IMG/VR virus record: IMGVR_UViG_3300042010_000129
Coordinates: 128,001 to 192,000 of that record
Strand: one strand, 5' to 3'
Source of the DNA: a virus
Lineage: Duplodnaviria > Caudoviricetes
DNA: 64,000 nt
Part shown: positions 1-9,387 of the stretch, one piece after another
Position numbering within the stretch: position 1 is the stretch's first letter
Layout: every line of letters begins with the position of its first letter
Program-made: the position numbers and the translations under genes
The notes under the pieces: model-generated
What the model was told of the DNA's origin: nothing
The model's database searches: none
The model's input: the letters and a program-made list of their open reading frames with translations, nothing else

Positions 1-322
1 TGCCCGAAACGATTCGAGAATTAAATCAATTGCTCCCTTGGTTTTATTCCGGAAATCTTTGTTGTATGCCGCCCCCTTGATCAGGTGGTCGATGCATTCC
101 TGTTGCTGGCGTATCGGACGGGGGAAGCGTTCGTGAGTAATGCCGCTGTATTGCGCGGTGTATTTTTTGCCGGGAACGTTTTTGGTCAGGACAACTTTTA
201 TCCCGTCTTTTTCCAGAAGAATGGCGGCGGCTTCGTCGTCACGTTCATGGAAACGCAGCACACCGTCCGCCACAAAACCAGCGGCCAGCAATTGGTCGGT
301 AAAATCTTTCGCATCAACCGGA

Positions 323-655
323 TTAAACTTTGGCATCTGGTTTCACCGCTACACGCGTCGTGCCGTAAGTGCTAACCTGTTGGAAAAGCGCTTCGTCGAT
401 TTCTTTACGCGACTCAAGGCGCAGAGTTTCCGAACGCCCACGGCAGTAAACTTTGCCGTTGTCGCCGTAGTTGCAGAACCCGGCGCTGATCGCTTTACCG
501 GGGCGGTGGCCGTTACCCGATTTGCGAATCGCCATGTAGGTTGTTTCGTACATTTTGTCGTGGTTGATTGACTTCGGAAACATCACCGGAATGTTGTGCG
601 TCGCGCCGTCTTCGTCGGTGGTTTCCAGCACGATATATTTGAATGCTTCGCTCAT
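323..655 (-). CDS. hypothetical phage protein, KY...SAGF...C.G.S family (paralog 1 of 3)
   Basis: 110 aa. Pattern FKYIV...PVMF...H...ISAGFC...CRGRSETL..SR is shared with 8685..9068 and 46239..47051. Confidence 0.75.
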   Translation of the reverse strand: MSEAFKYIVLETTDEDGATHNIPVMFPKSINHDKMYETTYMAIRKSGNGHRPGKAISAGFCNYGDNGKVYCRGRSETLRLESRKEIDEALFQQVSTYGTTRVAVKPDAKV

Positions 656-981
656 TGTTCCGGATTCCTTGCCACGATGCTGATCGTTTCGCGATTGAGT
701 TGTACCAGACTTTTTTCCAGTACGCCGAGTTCGGTGTTCAGGAGGGCCACGCGTTGTTTGGTTTTTTCGACTTTGTTTTTCACGAAATCAATCAACCACA
801 ACTGCGCTTCACGTTCGGTGGCAAACGACACCATAGGCTTAGCCGCCGTGGCCCAACTGGCCCATGCGCCCTGCATATAATACTGCGGGATATAAAGCTC
901 ACTGAGTTTGATACCCGGCGCCGGTACGCGACAGAAAACGCGAAACGGAATTTGACTGCTATTGTCCATAGGGCCGTCCAT
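652..981 (-). CDS. hypothetical protein, C-terminal coiled coil
   Basis: Coupled overlap with 323..655. Confidence 0.6.
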   Translation of the reverse strand: MDGPMDNSSQIPFRVFCRVPAPGIKLSELYIPQYYMQGAWASWATAAKPMVSFATEREAQLWLIDFVKNKVEKTKQRVALLNTELGVLEKSLVQLNRETISIVARNPEQ

Positions 982-1216
982 TACTTTTGATCACGATTCG
1001 TTTTCCGTTTAAGTCGCGGCATACGGAACCGTAAATGATTCGGTGGCTGCGTGAAGGCCAGCGAACAGCTTCGTGATATTCCGACACGAACGTCAGGTCG
1101 TTCATGGTACACAGCAGCACACGACCTTCTGCAATTTCACGCGCCTGTTTTTCTTTCGGGGATTCGGTGGCACAACCCGCCAGAAACACCGCGAATAAAA
1201 CGATTAGATATTTCAT
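959..1216 (-). CDS. small lipoprotein
   Basis: MKYLIVLFAVFLAGC: signal peptide ending in a LAGC lipobox. Confidence 0.75.
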   Translation of the reverse strand: MKYLIVLFAVFLAGCATESPKEKQAREIAEGRVLLCTMNDLTFVSEYHEAVRWPSRSHRIIYGSVCRDLNGKRIVIKSNGRPYGQ

Positions 1217-1428
1217 GGTTTCAAATCGTCACGGGCGGCTTTGAATGACGCCACAGCACCATCACGAATGTGCGAAGCCAGAATGTAGAATCCACATACA
1301 ACACGTGCCACAAAATCCAACACACGGGATTCGCTTTCCCACGACTGATCTTCGCGCTTATTGTTCACGGCAAACATGACGCCATAAACCAAGAAAACCA
1401 GAACCACCAACAGCACTAAATATTTCAT
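1213..1428 (-). CDS. small membrane protein
   Basis: Start moved to MKYLVLL, downstream of a GGAG RBS. Hydrophobic N-terminus. Confidence 0.65.
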   Translation of the reverse strand: MKYLVLLVVLVFLVYGVMFAVNNKREDQSWESESRVLDFVARVVCGFYILASHIRDGAVASFKAARDDLKP

Positions 1429-1479
1429 TGTCCCTTGCTCCAAAGGCGCCCACCGATTGTGGCAGACGCCGTTTTCAGA

Positions 1480-1695
1480 TTATTTGACGCTGCGTTTTTT
1501 GATCATGCGGTGCGCCGCGAAAAACGAATCACGCAGGAAATCCCACACGATTAGCAGCGCAGCCCACAGTCCGACCACGAAATAGAAGAGCGGCGTCCAC
1601 CAACGGGCGTTGTCTTTGTCGTCTTTGCTGATATCGTAAGAGAACCAGACCGCGTAACCGATCCACACCAGAAAAATGAAATAAACCAGTGGCAT
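1480..1695 (-). CDS. small two-TM membrane protein coupled to the Gsp-like gene
   Basis: ATG at 1695 overlaps the upstream TAA (TAATG). Two hydrophobic segments. Confidence 0.7.
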   Translation of the reverse strand: MPLVYFIFLVWIGYAVWFSYDISKDDKDNARWWTPLFYFVVGLWAALLIVWDFLRDSFFAAHRMIKKRSVK

Positions 1696-3065
1696 TATTC
1701 GTCTTCCTCTTCTTCGTGTTTTTCGGGCATGTCGTTGATCAACACGTGCGGAATAAACCGCTCGTTCTTCCACGACAACGTTGGGGCATCGAATTCACGA
1801 ATGCACATTGTGGCCGCTGTCGATTCACGCATGGAATTGTAATCGGATGCAACGTCAGGAACCATGAACATTCCGATGATGAAATTGTTCCGGCCTTCGA
1901 CTTTGTGCGGTGCATGGTACGCCTGATAAACGCAGTCGTCGCCTTTGTACGGGCCATCGGTGACGTGAGTTGTTGCACCTTGGGCGTCAAAGATTTCGAC
2001 GTTGCTACTCATGCGACCAACACGTGGTTTTTTCACGTAAGAAACTTTATCGGTTTCGAATTTACGCTCGTTCACGTAGGTCGGAATCACTGGCAAATCG
2101 CCGTAACGCTCTGCGAACGCTGCGTCGGTTTCCAGCAGGCGCCAGATGTAGGCCCAAATACCTTTGTTGCTGGTAAACCAGCGCCACGCCGGTTCGAGCA
2201 TGGTGGTATAGGATGCCCAGTTCTGCCATTCCTTGTACGCCTGCGGGAATGCCGCGACCATTTCTTCCCACGGCACCAACGCGAAAATAACCGTCAGCGG
2301 ATTTTCACCGATGTGGAACGGGTTGGTTTTGTTGTTGAAGTCGTAGTCGATTTCCGTAACGTCTGCGAAAAGGCACACGTTGTTTTCGCCAAGAATTTGC
2401 GCGATAACTTCGGAGGTCGCAGTGTCCTCAAACGAATTGCTTTCGTGAATCACGGCAGCGTTGCCCGGAATCTCGCCCATGTCGCCAATCATGGTTTGCA
2501 GCAGCGGGTAAAAACTATTCAGCTGCAATTCGTTGTCACCGGTCACGGTTTCGCAAACCTGATTCTGGAACGAAACAGATTCGAAAAGCATGGTCGGCGT
2601 GTCGCCGTTGAATTCGTAGATCCCGGTCACTTCCTCAGTCACAGGATCGAACGCAGCGTCGAAGCGACCGTAGATAGCCTGACGGGCAGACCCATGGTCA
2701 CGATAGGAGAACTTCGCGTAGTCGATGAAATACGGATGTTTGCGGAGGAAATCACAGCCCATAAAATACATGAGCGTTTCATTCGATTCGTTGAAGAGTT
2801 TCCCGACAGCCTCAACCAGCATTGCGTATGCACGTTCGAAAGTGACTTCGATTTTCGCGCAGGAACTCAGATGCAGATTGTAAACCGGCATGTGGGAACT
2901 GTGTTCGAGGGGGAACGCAAAATATTCTTTTACGTCCGAGTAGAATTCCGCGTCTGCTTCGGATTCTGGCTTCGGCATTTCGCGGTAGAAGGCTTGAGTC
3001 CACGGCAATTCCTCGACCATCAGTTTGTTCAGGTCGAAGCCGATATTGTGATACGTGCAATGCAT
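1695..3065 (-). CDS. glutathionylspermidine synthase-like ATP-grasp ligase (YgiC/YjfC family)
   Basis: Motifs YGRFD, YEFNGDTPTMLFES, EPAWRWFTSNKGIWAYIW, YVKKPRVGRMSSNV and VYQAY match the GSP_synth family. No CHAP amidase domain. Confidence 0.88.
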   Translation of the reverse strand: MHCTYHNIGFDLNKLMVEELPWTQAFYREMPKPESEADAEFYSDVKEYFAFPLEHSSHMPVYNLHLSSCAKIEVTFERAYAMLVEAVGKLFNESNETLMYFMGCDFLRKHPYFIDYAKFSYRDHGSARQAIYGRFDAAFDPVTEEVTGIYEFNGDTPTMLFESVSFQNQVCETVTGDNELQLNSFYPLLQTMIGDMGEIPGNAAVIHESNSFEDTATSEVIAQILGENNVCLFADVTEIDYDFNNKTNPFHIGENPLTVIFALVPWEEMVAAFPQAYKEWQNWASYTTMLEPAWRWFTSNKGIWAYIWRLLETDAAFAERYGDLPVIPTYVNERKFETDKVSYVKKPRVGRMSSNVEIFDAQGATTHVTDGPYKGDDCVYQAYHAPHKVEGRNNFIIGMFMVPDVASDYNSMRESTAATMCIREFDAPTLSWKNERFIPHVLINDMPEKHEEEEDE

Positions 3066-3095
3066 GAATAACTTCCTTGGAAAAATGCGAAAAGA

Positions 3096-3758
3096 TTACG
3101 AGCCGGAACCGTGGGATGCTGCACGGGCACCGCCACCACCGGACATTACGCCAGACGCACGCGATGCAGCCGCCGCTTTATACGTGGCCGGGGCACTCGA
3201 CGGGCTTGCACGCCACTGCGAAACGCGGTTGTTCATGTTCGAACGATACGACGGGCTAGACGTGACGGCAGCGCGATTATTATTCATCAGCATTGAGGTA
3301 TACGCAGCCGAGCCGCTGTTACGGCATTTGCGGCGATCTTGTTCGTTGCATTGCGTGGTTTGCAACGGCTGGTGCTGCTGCTGATATTGTTGCATACCGC
3401 CGTTTTGGTTCATCATTTTCGCCAACGCGTAACCACCGAGGGCAGCAGCGCCAGCACCGGCCACTAAGGGCCATACAGAATCGCTGCTCTGGCCGTTCGC
3501 TTCTTCACGCACGATATGCAATTGCTTTTCGCCATTCGGGCCGACGCCGTAATACGCATCTTTTACCGATGGATCTTTCGTTTGCAATTCCTTGATCGTG
3601 GCTTGCAAATCTTTTTCGTCTTCTGCGAGTTGTGCGCGGGTTGCTTGACCGGCCTCTTCGTCAACGTAGGCCTGTTCTTCAGCGTAGTCCGGGCTATCGT
3701 CACAGCCAGCGAGAATTACCAAACTTGCTGCTGCCAAAGCAATGACTTTTTTGTTCAC
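3096..3758 (-). CDS. lipoprotein, YgiB/DUF1190-like
   Basis: ILAGC lipobox and Gly/Ser/Ala-rich tail. Lies directly upstream of the YgiC-like gene, as ygiB does in bacteria. Confidence 0.65.
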   Translation of the reverse strand: MNKKVIALAAASLVILAGCDDSPDYAEEQAYVDEEAGQATRAQLAEDEKDLQATIKELQTKDPSVKDAYYGVGPNGEKQLHIVREEANGQSSDSVWPLVAGAGAAALGGYALAKMMNQNGGMQQYQQQHQPLQTTQCNEQDRRKCRNSGSAAYTSMLMNNNRAAVTSSPSYRSNMNNRVSQWRASPSSAPATYKAAAASRASGVMSGGGGARAASHGSGS

Positions 3759-3785
3759 TTCATTTGTTTCCTTAATGGGATGAAT

Positions 3786-3818
3786 GGGTCAGAAAAATCC
3801 TGACCCTTTGTATTTACA
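3786..3818 (-). promoter_or_regulatory. TGTAAATAC motif followed by a 7-bp hairpin upstream of the RBS
   Basis: Minus strand reads TGTAAATAC-AAA-GGGTCAG-GATTTTT-CTGACCC...AAGGAAACAA-ATG. Confidence 0.5.
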
Positions 3819-4433
3819 TTATTCGGTGCGGTCGATGCGCCCTTGCTGCTGTTCGTAATCGCCTTCAGACCACGCCGGGGCATCAGGATCGTTTGCTTCC
3901 TCAACTTCGCGTGCGTGCATTTCTTCGTACATCGCTTTATCAGGATGTGGAATACCCGCGACAACCATTTCCATGCACTGCGGGCAATGGTACATACCCA
4001 TCGGCGCACCACACCACATTTCCGGATGTTCGATACACTCGCCGTTGTTTTTGTACACGCGGAAAACAACGGTGCGGATGTTGCCGGTTTCTTCGTTCTT
4101 CAACACACGGAACGCGGTGTGGAATTCGTCCCAGTCGTATTTGAGCGCATGCGTAAAAGCACCGATCAATTTCATTTGTTCTTCTTGCTGATCAGCGGTG
4201 CCCGACAGACAGAAAACGAAAGTCAGACATTGCGTGGTCGGCTCGCCTTTTCCTTCGATGAAAAAGTTTTTGCCGTCTTTGTAGCGGAAGGGCACGATGC
4301 TGGTCGGCCCGGCGATGGAATCGAAAGAAATGCCGAGTGCTTCACCGTCGAACGGCGGCAGTTCCACATCCCACAAAACATCACGCTGCGTACCGTTGAA
4401 AACTACGACGACTTCACCTTTAACCAACGACAT
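3819..4433 (-). CDS. hypothetical protein with C-terminal CxxC
   Basis: Start moved to MSLVKG (GAGG RBS). Contains YHCPQC and an acidic tail. Confidence 0.65.
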   Translation of the reverse strand: MSLVKGEVVVVFNGTQRDVLWDVELPPFDGEALGISFDSIAGPTSIVPFRYKDGKNFFIEGKGEPTTQCLTFVFCLSGTADQQEEQMKLIGAFTHALKYDWDEFHTAFRVLKNEETGNIRTVVFRVYKNNGECIEHPEMWCGAPMGMYHCPQCMEMVVAGIPHPDKAMYEEMHAREVEEANDPDAPAWSEGDYEQQQGRIDRTE

Positions 4434-4860
4434 AAAACACCTCAGTAAATGATTGAATTGTTCGTGCGACCAAAGCCTGCACAATCGAATCGTCCGACTG
4501 GTAAGGCAAGCACGGATCATCCCACACGTCAGGCAGCGAATAATCGCCGTCGTAATTCGGTTCGAGCCATAGCAGGCCCTCTTCTTCCCGGTGGCCTTGC
4601 GGGCAGCATTTGATAACGCATTCGCGCATTTCCACACCGTACAGACGCATCAACTGGTGTTCGCTAATGTAATGCTGCTGGCCGTCGTTTTTACTGATCA
4701 CATAATTGGGAACGATCAGGAAATGTTTTTCATTCTGCGAACGAATTTGAGGACGACGCGCCATCATTTCCTCGACTGCTGCTTTCCCGTGAGGCGACCG
4801 CATGTAGTCGATTATTTCCTGTTGGTGTGGCGGAAGTTCAACGCCTTTGTGTTTGGTCAT
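4420..4860 (-). CDS. hypothetical phage protein
   Basis: Start MTKHK overlaps the upstream stop (ATGA). Contains VISKNDGQQHYIS..QL.RLYGV. Confidence 0.65.
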   Translation of the reverse strand: MTKHKGVELPPHQQEIIDYMRSPHGKAAVEEMMARRPQIRSQNEKHFLIVPNYVISKNDGQQHYISEHQLMRLYGVEMRECVIKCCPQGHREEEGLLWLEPNYDGDYSLPDVWDDPCLPYQSDDSIVQALVARTIQSFTEVFYVVG

Positions 4861-5528
4861 GGTTTTGGTGCTTCCAAATCCGTCGCCAAAACTTCTACGC
4901 AACCGCCGCCTTGCATTTCCACGCGGGCCATCACCCTTTGCTGTGTGAGACTTCCGCCGATCCACATGTGGCGCACGATGCCGTTACGCCGTGCAGTGCT
5001 GACGTAAACCGGCATGCCTTCCTGCGCAATAAATTGTGGCTTCGGTGGCAAATAATCCGGGCCGTATGCGCGGGGCAGCGACTTGATAGCGGCTTCCAGT
5101 TTTTCGAAGGTCATACAGTTGATATCCGAAACTTCGAGCTTAGGAAGTCCCTGCACGTTTACCGGTTTCGGCATCGCCAGAACTTCTTTGATTTCTGCTT
5201 CGAGTTTCGTGCCGTCAACATCGTGAGCGTGAGAATCGAATTCGACCGCGCTATGGAACCAGTCACCGACTTCAAGCAAACGCACGAACAGCGCACGCAT
5301 TACCCGGTTCTGTGCTTCCAGTTCTGCACTGCTGCGCAGCGAATCTAGGCTAGGAATGGTGCCGGTTTGTTTATGAATTTCCAGCATCATTTCAATCCAC
5401 GAAATGATTTCACTGTTCATGCTGCGGTGCTGGCTGTCCGCGATGGATTTGATTTCTTCACGCATGCCGTCCAAAAGACGCAACACGAATTTATCGGCGG
5501 TACGGCTGCTGTATGTTTTTGCACTCAC
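4857..5528 (-). CDS. Arc-family ribbon-helix-helix regulator, AmrZ(AlgZ)-like N-terminal domain fused to an unknown C-terminal region
   Basis: TYSSRTADKFVLRLLDGMREEIKSIADSQHRSMNSEII closely matches the P. aeruginosa AmrZ N-terminus as I recall it. Confidence 0.85.
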   Translation of the reverse strand: MSAKTYSSRTADKFVLRLLDGMREEIKSIADSQHRSMNSEIISWIEMMLEIHKQTGTIPSLDSLRSSAELEAQNRVMRALFVRLLEVGDWFHSAVEFDSHAHDVDGTKLEAEIKEVLAMPKPVNVQGLPKLEVSDINCMTFEKLEAAIKSLPRAYGPDYLPPKPQFIAQEGMPVYVSTARRNGIVRHMWIGGSLTQQRVMARVEMQGGGCVEVLATDLEAPKP

Positions 5529-5530
5529 GA

Positions 5531-6307
5531 TTATTTCCCCACCAAAGCCATTGCCAGCTGATCATCCAGCGACGGTTTATTGCGCAGATTGATCTTGAAA
5601 TATTTGCGAGTCAGTTGCTCAAGGCTCGCCAGTTCCCGCGCCACCGGATCACTCGAAGTTTGTTGCACGACGCATTCCACTTCTTTGATGGTGGTGATTC
5701 CGTATTTGAAAATGTACGGCAGGAAAAGTTTGTACGGGCCGAAGGTGCAAATCGCTTTCTTGCAAACGGTGCCCGGCACACGTTTTTCCGGCCACGTTTC
5801 TTGCAGAACTTTGATCACGTCGTCAACGGTTTTTACCTGCTTGTATTCATGCAGATAATCCATTTCGATTATGCCTTCGTCCTCATAATGCAAACTGAAC
5901 AGACGATCCCCGTTCAACTTCAGCGAAAACGCTGCATGCCATGGGCTGTCGAAGAAACGCTTTTTGACCGGTCGGCGATTTTTACGCGGAGGCCTCTTTG
6001 CAGGCTGCACCGTATGTACGCCCATTTCGTACAAACGAATTTCAATGGCGTCACACAGAGCGCTAAACGCAGCAAGATCAGCTTTGATTTTGTCTGCGTA
6101 AATCAGAACCTGTTTGAGGATTGTGGCGTCCATTGTGCGCGACGTGTACGTGTGTTCTTTGTCGTTGCAGACGACACGCACCCGGCCATCGAAAGTCAGC
6201 AACGATACGTCGATGTGATGGAACGCCAAGCGATCCCCACGCTGGCGGTGAAAGCCGTACTCAAGCAGCTGCGCGATCAGACCTGCGCGTTTTTCTTCCT
6301 GACTCAT
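5531..6307 (-). CDS. hypothetical protein, paralog of 6304..7149
   Basis: C-terminal block TVDDVIKVL...PGT...TFGPYKLFLPYIFKYGIT aligns with its neighbour. Confidence 0.7.
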   Translation of the reverse strand: MSQEEKRAGLIAQLLEYGFHRQRGDRLAFHHIDVSLLTFDGRVRVVCNDKEHTYTSRTMDATILKQVLIYADKIKADLAAFSALCDAIEIRLYEMGVHTVQPAKRPPRKNRRPVKKRFFDSPWHAAFSLKLNGDRLFSLHYEDEGIIEMDYLHEYKQVKTVDDVIKVLQETWPEKRVPGTVCKKAICTFGPYKLFLPYIFKYGITTIKEVECVVQQTSSDPVARELASLEQLTRKYFKINLRNKPSLDDQLAMALVGK

Positions 6308-7149
6308 GCAAAATCCCCTTGGCCCGACACTTCCAAAGCAGCAGTTTTCTTTTTGATGTACTCGAAGAATTCTTCGGTGGTAATCGCACGGCGCAACTTG
6401 ATTTCCGTGTAATGCATAGGTTCCGGGTAATCCTTCACCAGTTCGTGCAGGTCGGCGTTTTCCGTCGAGAACCGTTGCACGTTTGCCACGCGGTCGATAA
6501 CGCTGGTCACGCCATGGGTGAACATGAACGGCACGAAATCTTCGTGAGATTTGAACGTGATAATGGATTTGCCTTTGAACACAATGCGTTCGTCGGTGCC
6601 CGGCCAGTATTGCGTCTTGGAACCCAGCAGAATTTCGAATACTTCGTCCGCTGTTTCTACGTCGTAATCTTCGAACTGAATGTTCATCACGGTTTTGTTT
6701 CTGGCCCCGGCATACGCCAGATCAAACAGCGGTTCGGCCTTGTACGCATTCGTGTAGAACTTGCACACGTGCGTATCAACGTCGTCACGCTTCCAGAAAC
6801 CGATTACGCCCATTTGTTTTGCCCGGTGCAGGACGTCGGCACGCAGCGCATCGTAGGCCACCACGGACGAAGCACGCAACGCCATTTCTGATTCGATATA
6901 GGCCACGATTTCTTCGGCTGGCGTTTCTTGTGGCACCATCGAAAAGTTTTTGTACGTCACGATATCAACCGTGATTTCGTCGGCTGCAATTCGCACGCAC
7001 GCGTTGTCGTCGGTTTTCAGTTCATAAAGCATGTCGTCATCGTCAGACCATTCGGCGCGGACGAACTTGTTTTTCTTCAGGCACGCAGTGAGCGCAGGAC
7101 GACGGATAGGTTTCAATTTCTTAGCCATTTTTCTTGCACTCACTTGCAC
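6304..7149 (-). CDS. hypothetical protein, paralog of 5531..6307
   Basis: C-terminal block TADEVFEIL...PGT...TFKSHEDFVPFMFTHGVT. Confidence 0.7.
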   Translation of the reverse strand: MQVSARKMAKKLKPIRRPALTACLKKNKFVRAEWSDDDDMLYELKTDDNACVRIAADEITVDIVTYKNFSMVPQETPAEEIVAYIESEMALRASSVVAYDALRADVLHRAKQMGVIGFWKRDDVDTHVCKFYTNAYKAEPLFDLAYAGARNKTVMNIQFEDYDVETADEVFEILLGSKTQYWPGTDERIVFKGKSIITFKSHEDFVPFMFTHGVTSVIDRVANVQRFSTENADLHELVKDYPEPMHYTEIKLRRAITTEEFFEYIKKKTAALEVSGQGDFA

Positions 7150-7724
7150 ATGGTTTTGTAGGAAACGGTAGCGGCGTTTTTGCCGTTATCCATAAAGAAC
7201 GAATACGATTCTGCAATTTCGATACGCGGATTCCAGCGCTTGCCGTCCGACATTTCTTGTTTCTTGCTGGTGCCATCCGGCATGTGAGCCAGAATGGTGA
7301 TATCGGAATCAGCAGGGTCGATACGCGTTTCTTCTGTTTGTTGCTTAGTATCGTAAAACTTCCAACCGAGAACCGTGTAGTAGCGATACGAATAATCGCG
7401 GGTGCCTTTCACCGTCCGTTCACCGACTTTGAAAATGCATTGCGACTGGTGCGAACCGTAGCGATCCCAATCCTGCACAATGTTCGCCCGGTACGTCCAA
7501 CCCACGGCCCCGGCCAGACCAATTAACCCAAGCAACGCCAGCAGAAAATACAGGCGGAAAACCCATTTCGACCAACGCGCTTTGCGGTCGTATTTCGCTT
7601 TGTCTTCGCGATCATTCTGGATGATTTCGTCAAGCGCTTGCTCTGCGCGCTCGGCTGCTTCCGCATTCAGGTTTTCGTTCAGTTGAGTCATGTCTATTTC
7701 TTCCCCAGTAGAATGAGTGTTCAC
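7140..7724 (-). CDS. single-pass membrane protein
   Basis: TM segment LYFLLALLGLIGLAGAVGW. The start may instead be the internal MTQLN. Confidence 0.7.
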   Translation of the reverse strand: MNTHSTGEEIDMTQLNENLNAEAAERAEQALDEIIQNDREDKAKYDRKARWSKWVFRLYFLLALLGLIGLAGAVGWTYRANIVQDWDRYGSHQSQCIFKVGERTVKGTRDYSYRYYTVLGWKFYDTKQQTEETRIDPADSDITILAHMPDGTSKKQEMSDGKRWNPRIEIAESYSFFMDNGKNAATVSYKTMCK

Positions 7725-7733
7725 GTCCGTTCC

Positions 7734-8279
7734 TTAATACTTGTCCGCAAAGAATTCAATCTTTGCTTTGTGTTTTGACGACAGAAACGGATCGTGAGTA
7801 TGCACCAAATCAGTATCCGTAAAAACGTGGGTCTTATCACAAACAAACTGACAGCGATTGGTCGCCAGCACTTCAGTGGAGCGTGCCCAGTTCAACATCA
7901 TGCGCACCCGCGTCAAATTCATCAGCGGCTGCGTGTACGCCACGTGGTAAACATTTCGCTGACCGCGTGGAATATAATTGTGCAGGATCGCTAAGCTGCT
8001 TCCCTCAACCCAAAACAAATTCGCGGGCTGTTCCAAGAAGACTTTTTGCGTCAGCCATTTTTGTTTCAACACAAGAATTTTCTTGCGAAGTTTCAGTGTG
8101 TATTCCACCACTGCCCTATCACGACCGAAGGTAGCCCCATCGACCAACTGTTTCAGTATCATGCTTGTGGAAGCATAGATTTCCCCTTTGCGCGCACAGA
8201 CCGTTGCGATCTTTTTCTGCTCACGTAAACCGTTAAGCTCTACGGTAAATTTCAGTGCGCCTTCGGTGGTATCAAACAT
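7734..8279 (-). CDS. hypothetical protein
   Basis: 181 aa, AGGA RBS. Confidence 0.65.
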   Translation of the reverse strand: MFDTTEGALKFTVELNGLREQKKIATVCARKGEIYASTSMILKQLVDGATFGRDRAVVEYTLKLRKKILVLKQKWLTQKVFLEQPANLFWVEGSSLAILHNYIPRGQRNVYHVAYTQPLMNLTRVRMMLNWARSTEVLATNRCQFVCDKTHVFTDTDLVHTHDPFLSSKHKAKIEFFADKY

Positions 8280-8302
8280 CGGGATTTTCCTTGTACCCTT
8301 GA

Positions 8303-8755
8303 TTATATTTTGCGGCCCACAGTCGTCGGGTCTACGTCATCAGTCAAATACTGATAAGGCCCTTTCGAATAATGAGGCGCAATACGTTTTTTCTTTTTCT
8401 CGGTTTCTTCTTGTGCGATCCGTTCACGCGCCTCCCAGTCGTGCCCCTCTTCGAGAAAAATTCCTTCCTCGGTCACGGTGATCGACGGCGCGCTCGGGAT
8501 ATGTTTTACATCGCTGGTTCGGTAGTTCACCAAAAGGGATGATCCATCATCCTTTTTCTTTTTCTCTTTTGGCAACGAACCATCAGGCAGACGGCCCACT
8601 TGTTTTGCAAGCTTCGCCAATTCTGCCTGTTCCCGCGCTTGCTTTTGTTTTCGCTGCTGTTGCTGTTTGCGGGTCAGCATCGGATTATTCCTCTTTCTGT
8701 TCCTGTTCCGATACAGGCTCTGCGGCAACGGGTTCACCGACTGGAACACTGGCAA
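8303..8755 (-). CDS. basic, charged hypothetical protein
   Basis: K/R/Q-rich. The true start may be the internal MLTRK. Confidence 0.55.
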   Translation of the reverse strand: MPVFQSVNPLPQSLYRNRNRKRNNPMLTRKQQQQRKQKQAREQAELAKLAKQVGRLPDGSLPKEKKKKDDGSSLLVNYRTSDVKHIPSAPSITVTEEGIFLEEGHDWEARERIAQEETEKKKKRIAPHYSKGPYQYLTDDVDPTTVGRKI

Positions 8756-9068
8756 AAGTTTCTGCGATCTTTTCCAGTTCTTCCGGTGCGATATCCTGCG
8801 GCACGCTCAGATTGATGAAACCGATTTGCGGATTTTCTTCACCGATGTAATCAGCGGCGCGCATCAGGATTTCATCCTTCAGGCCACGGCTACCGTATTC
8901 GCGACCGTTGATGGTTTGGGTCAGTTGGCACGACAGAAACATATTCTGCACCACGCCCACACCAGCACTAACAATCGGCCACGGGAATTGAACCTGATTC
9001 AGATCCACGTCGTTACCGAAAATCATCGGTACTTCGGATTCGTTGATTTTTACGATTACATATTTCAT
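8685..9068 (-). CDS. hypothetical protein, KY...SAG family (paralog 2 of 3)
   Basis: MKYVIV...PMIF...IVSAG...GSRGLKDEILM. Confidence 0.65.
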   Translation of the reverse strand: MKYVIVKINESEVPMIFGNDVDLNQVQFPWPIVSAGVGVVQNMFLSCQLTQTINGREYGSRGLKDEILMRAADYIGEENPQIGFINLSVPQDIAPEELEKIAETFASVPVGEPVAAEPVSEQEQKEE

Positions 9069-9078
9069 GATTTTTTAC

Positions 9079-9309
9079 TCAGTGATGAACTGCGTTTTCC
9101 AGAAGATCAGTAATGTCGTCGTAACTGATCAGTGCTTTGTTTTGCTCGATGTTGAATGAGCCTTCGCTAACCGTTGCGACAATTTCGAAATCGCCGGAAA
9201 GTTCGCGTGGAACTGCTGCAACATAGAAGTCGCCGTAGCGGTGGATATCGGTGGCGCGGACAGCAACAAAGCTGTCTTTGTTTCGTGAGGCATAAACCCG
9301 AAGGGACAT
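9079..9309 (-). CDS. hypothetical protein
   Basis: 76 aa, GGAG RBS. Confidence 0.6.
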   Translation of the reverse strand: MSLRVYASRNKDSFVAVRATDIHRYGDFYVAAVPRELSGDFEIVATVSEGSFNIEQNKALISYDDITDLLENAVHH

Positions 9310-9387
9310 AGCAGTTTCTCCAAACTAGATCGTGTCATAATTTCCCCTTTGTTGTGGCTCGGTGAATGGCCCGTGCCGAATGTTGTG

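Noticed and set aside
1695-3065. Assigning the symbol gsp or true glutathionylspermidine synthesis
   Set aside because: The CHAP amidase domain is absent and the motifs are closer to YgiC/YjfC, whose substrate is unknown.
1689-3071. Long plus-strand ORFs (also 24632..25936, 35668..37125, 58569..59819 and many others)
   Set aside because: They mirror minus-strand genes, lack RBSs and motifs, and have the F/V/R/H-rich composition typical of antisense shadows of biased codon use.
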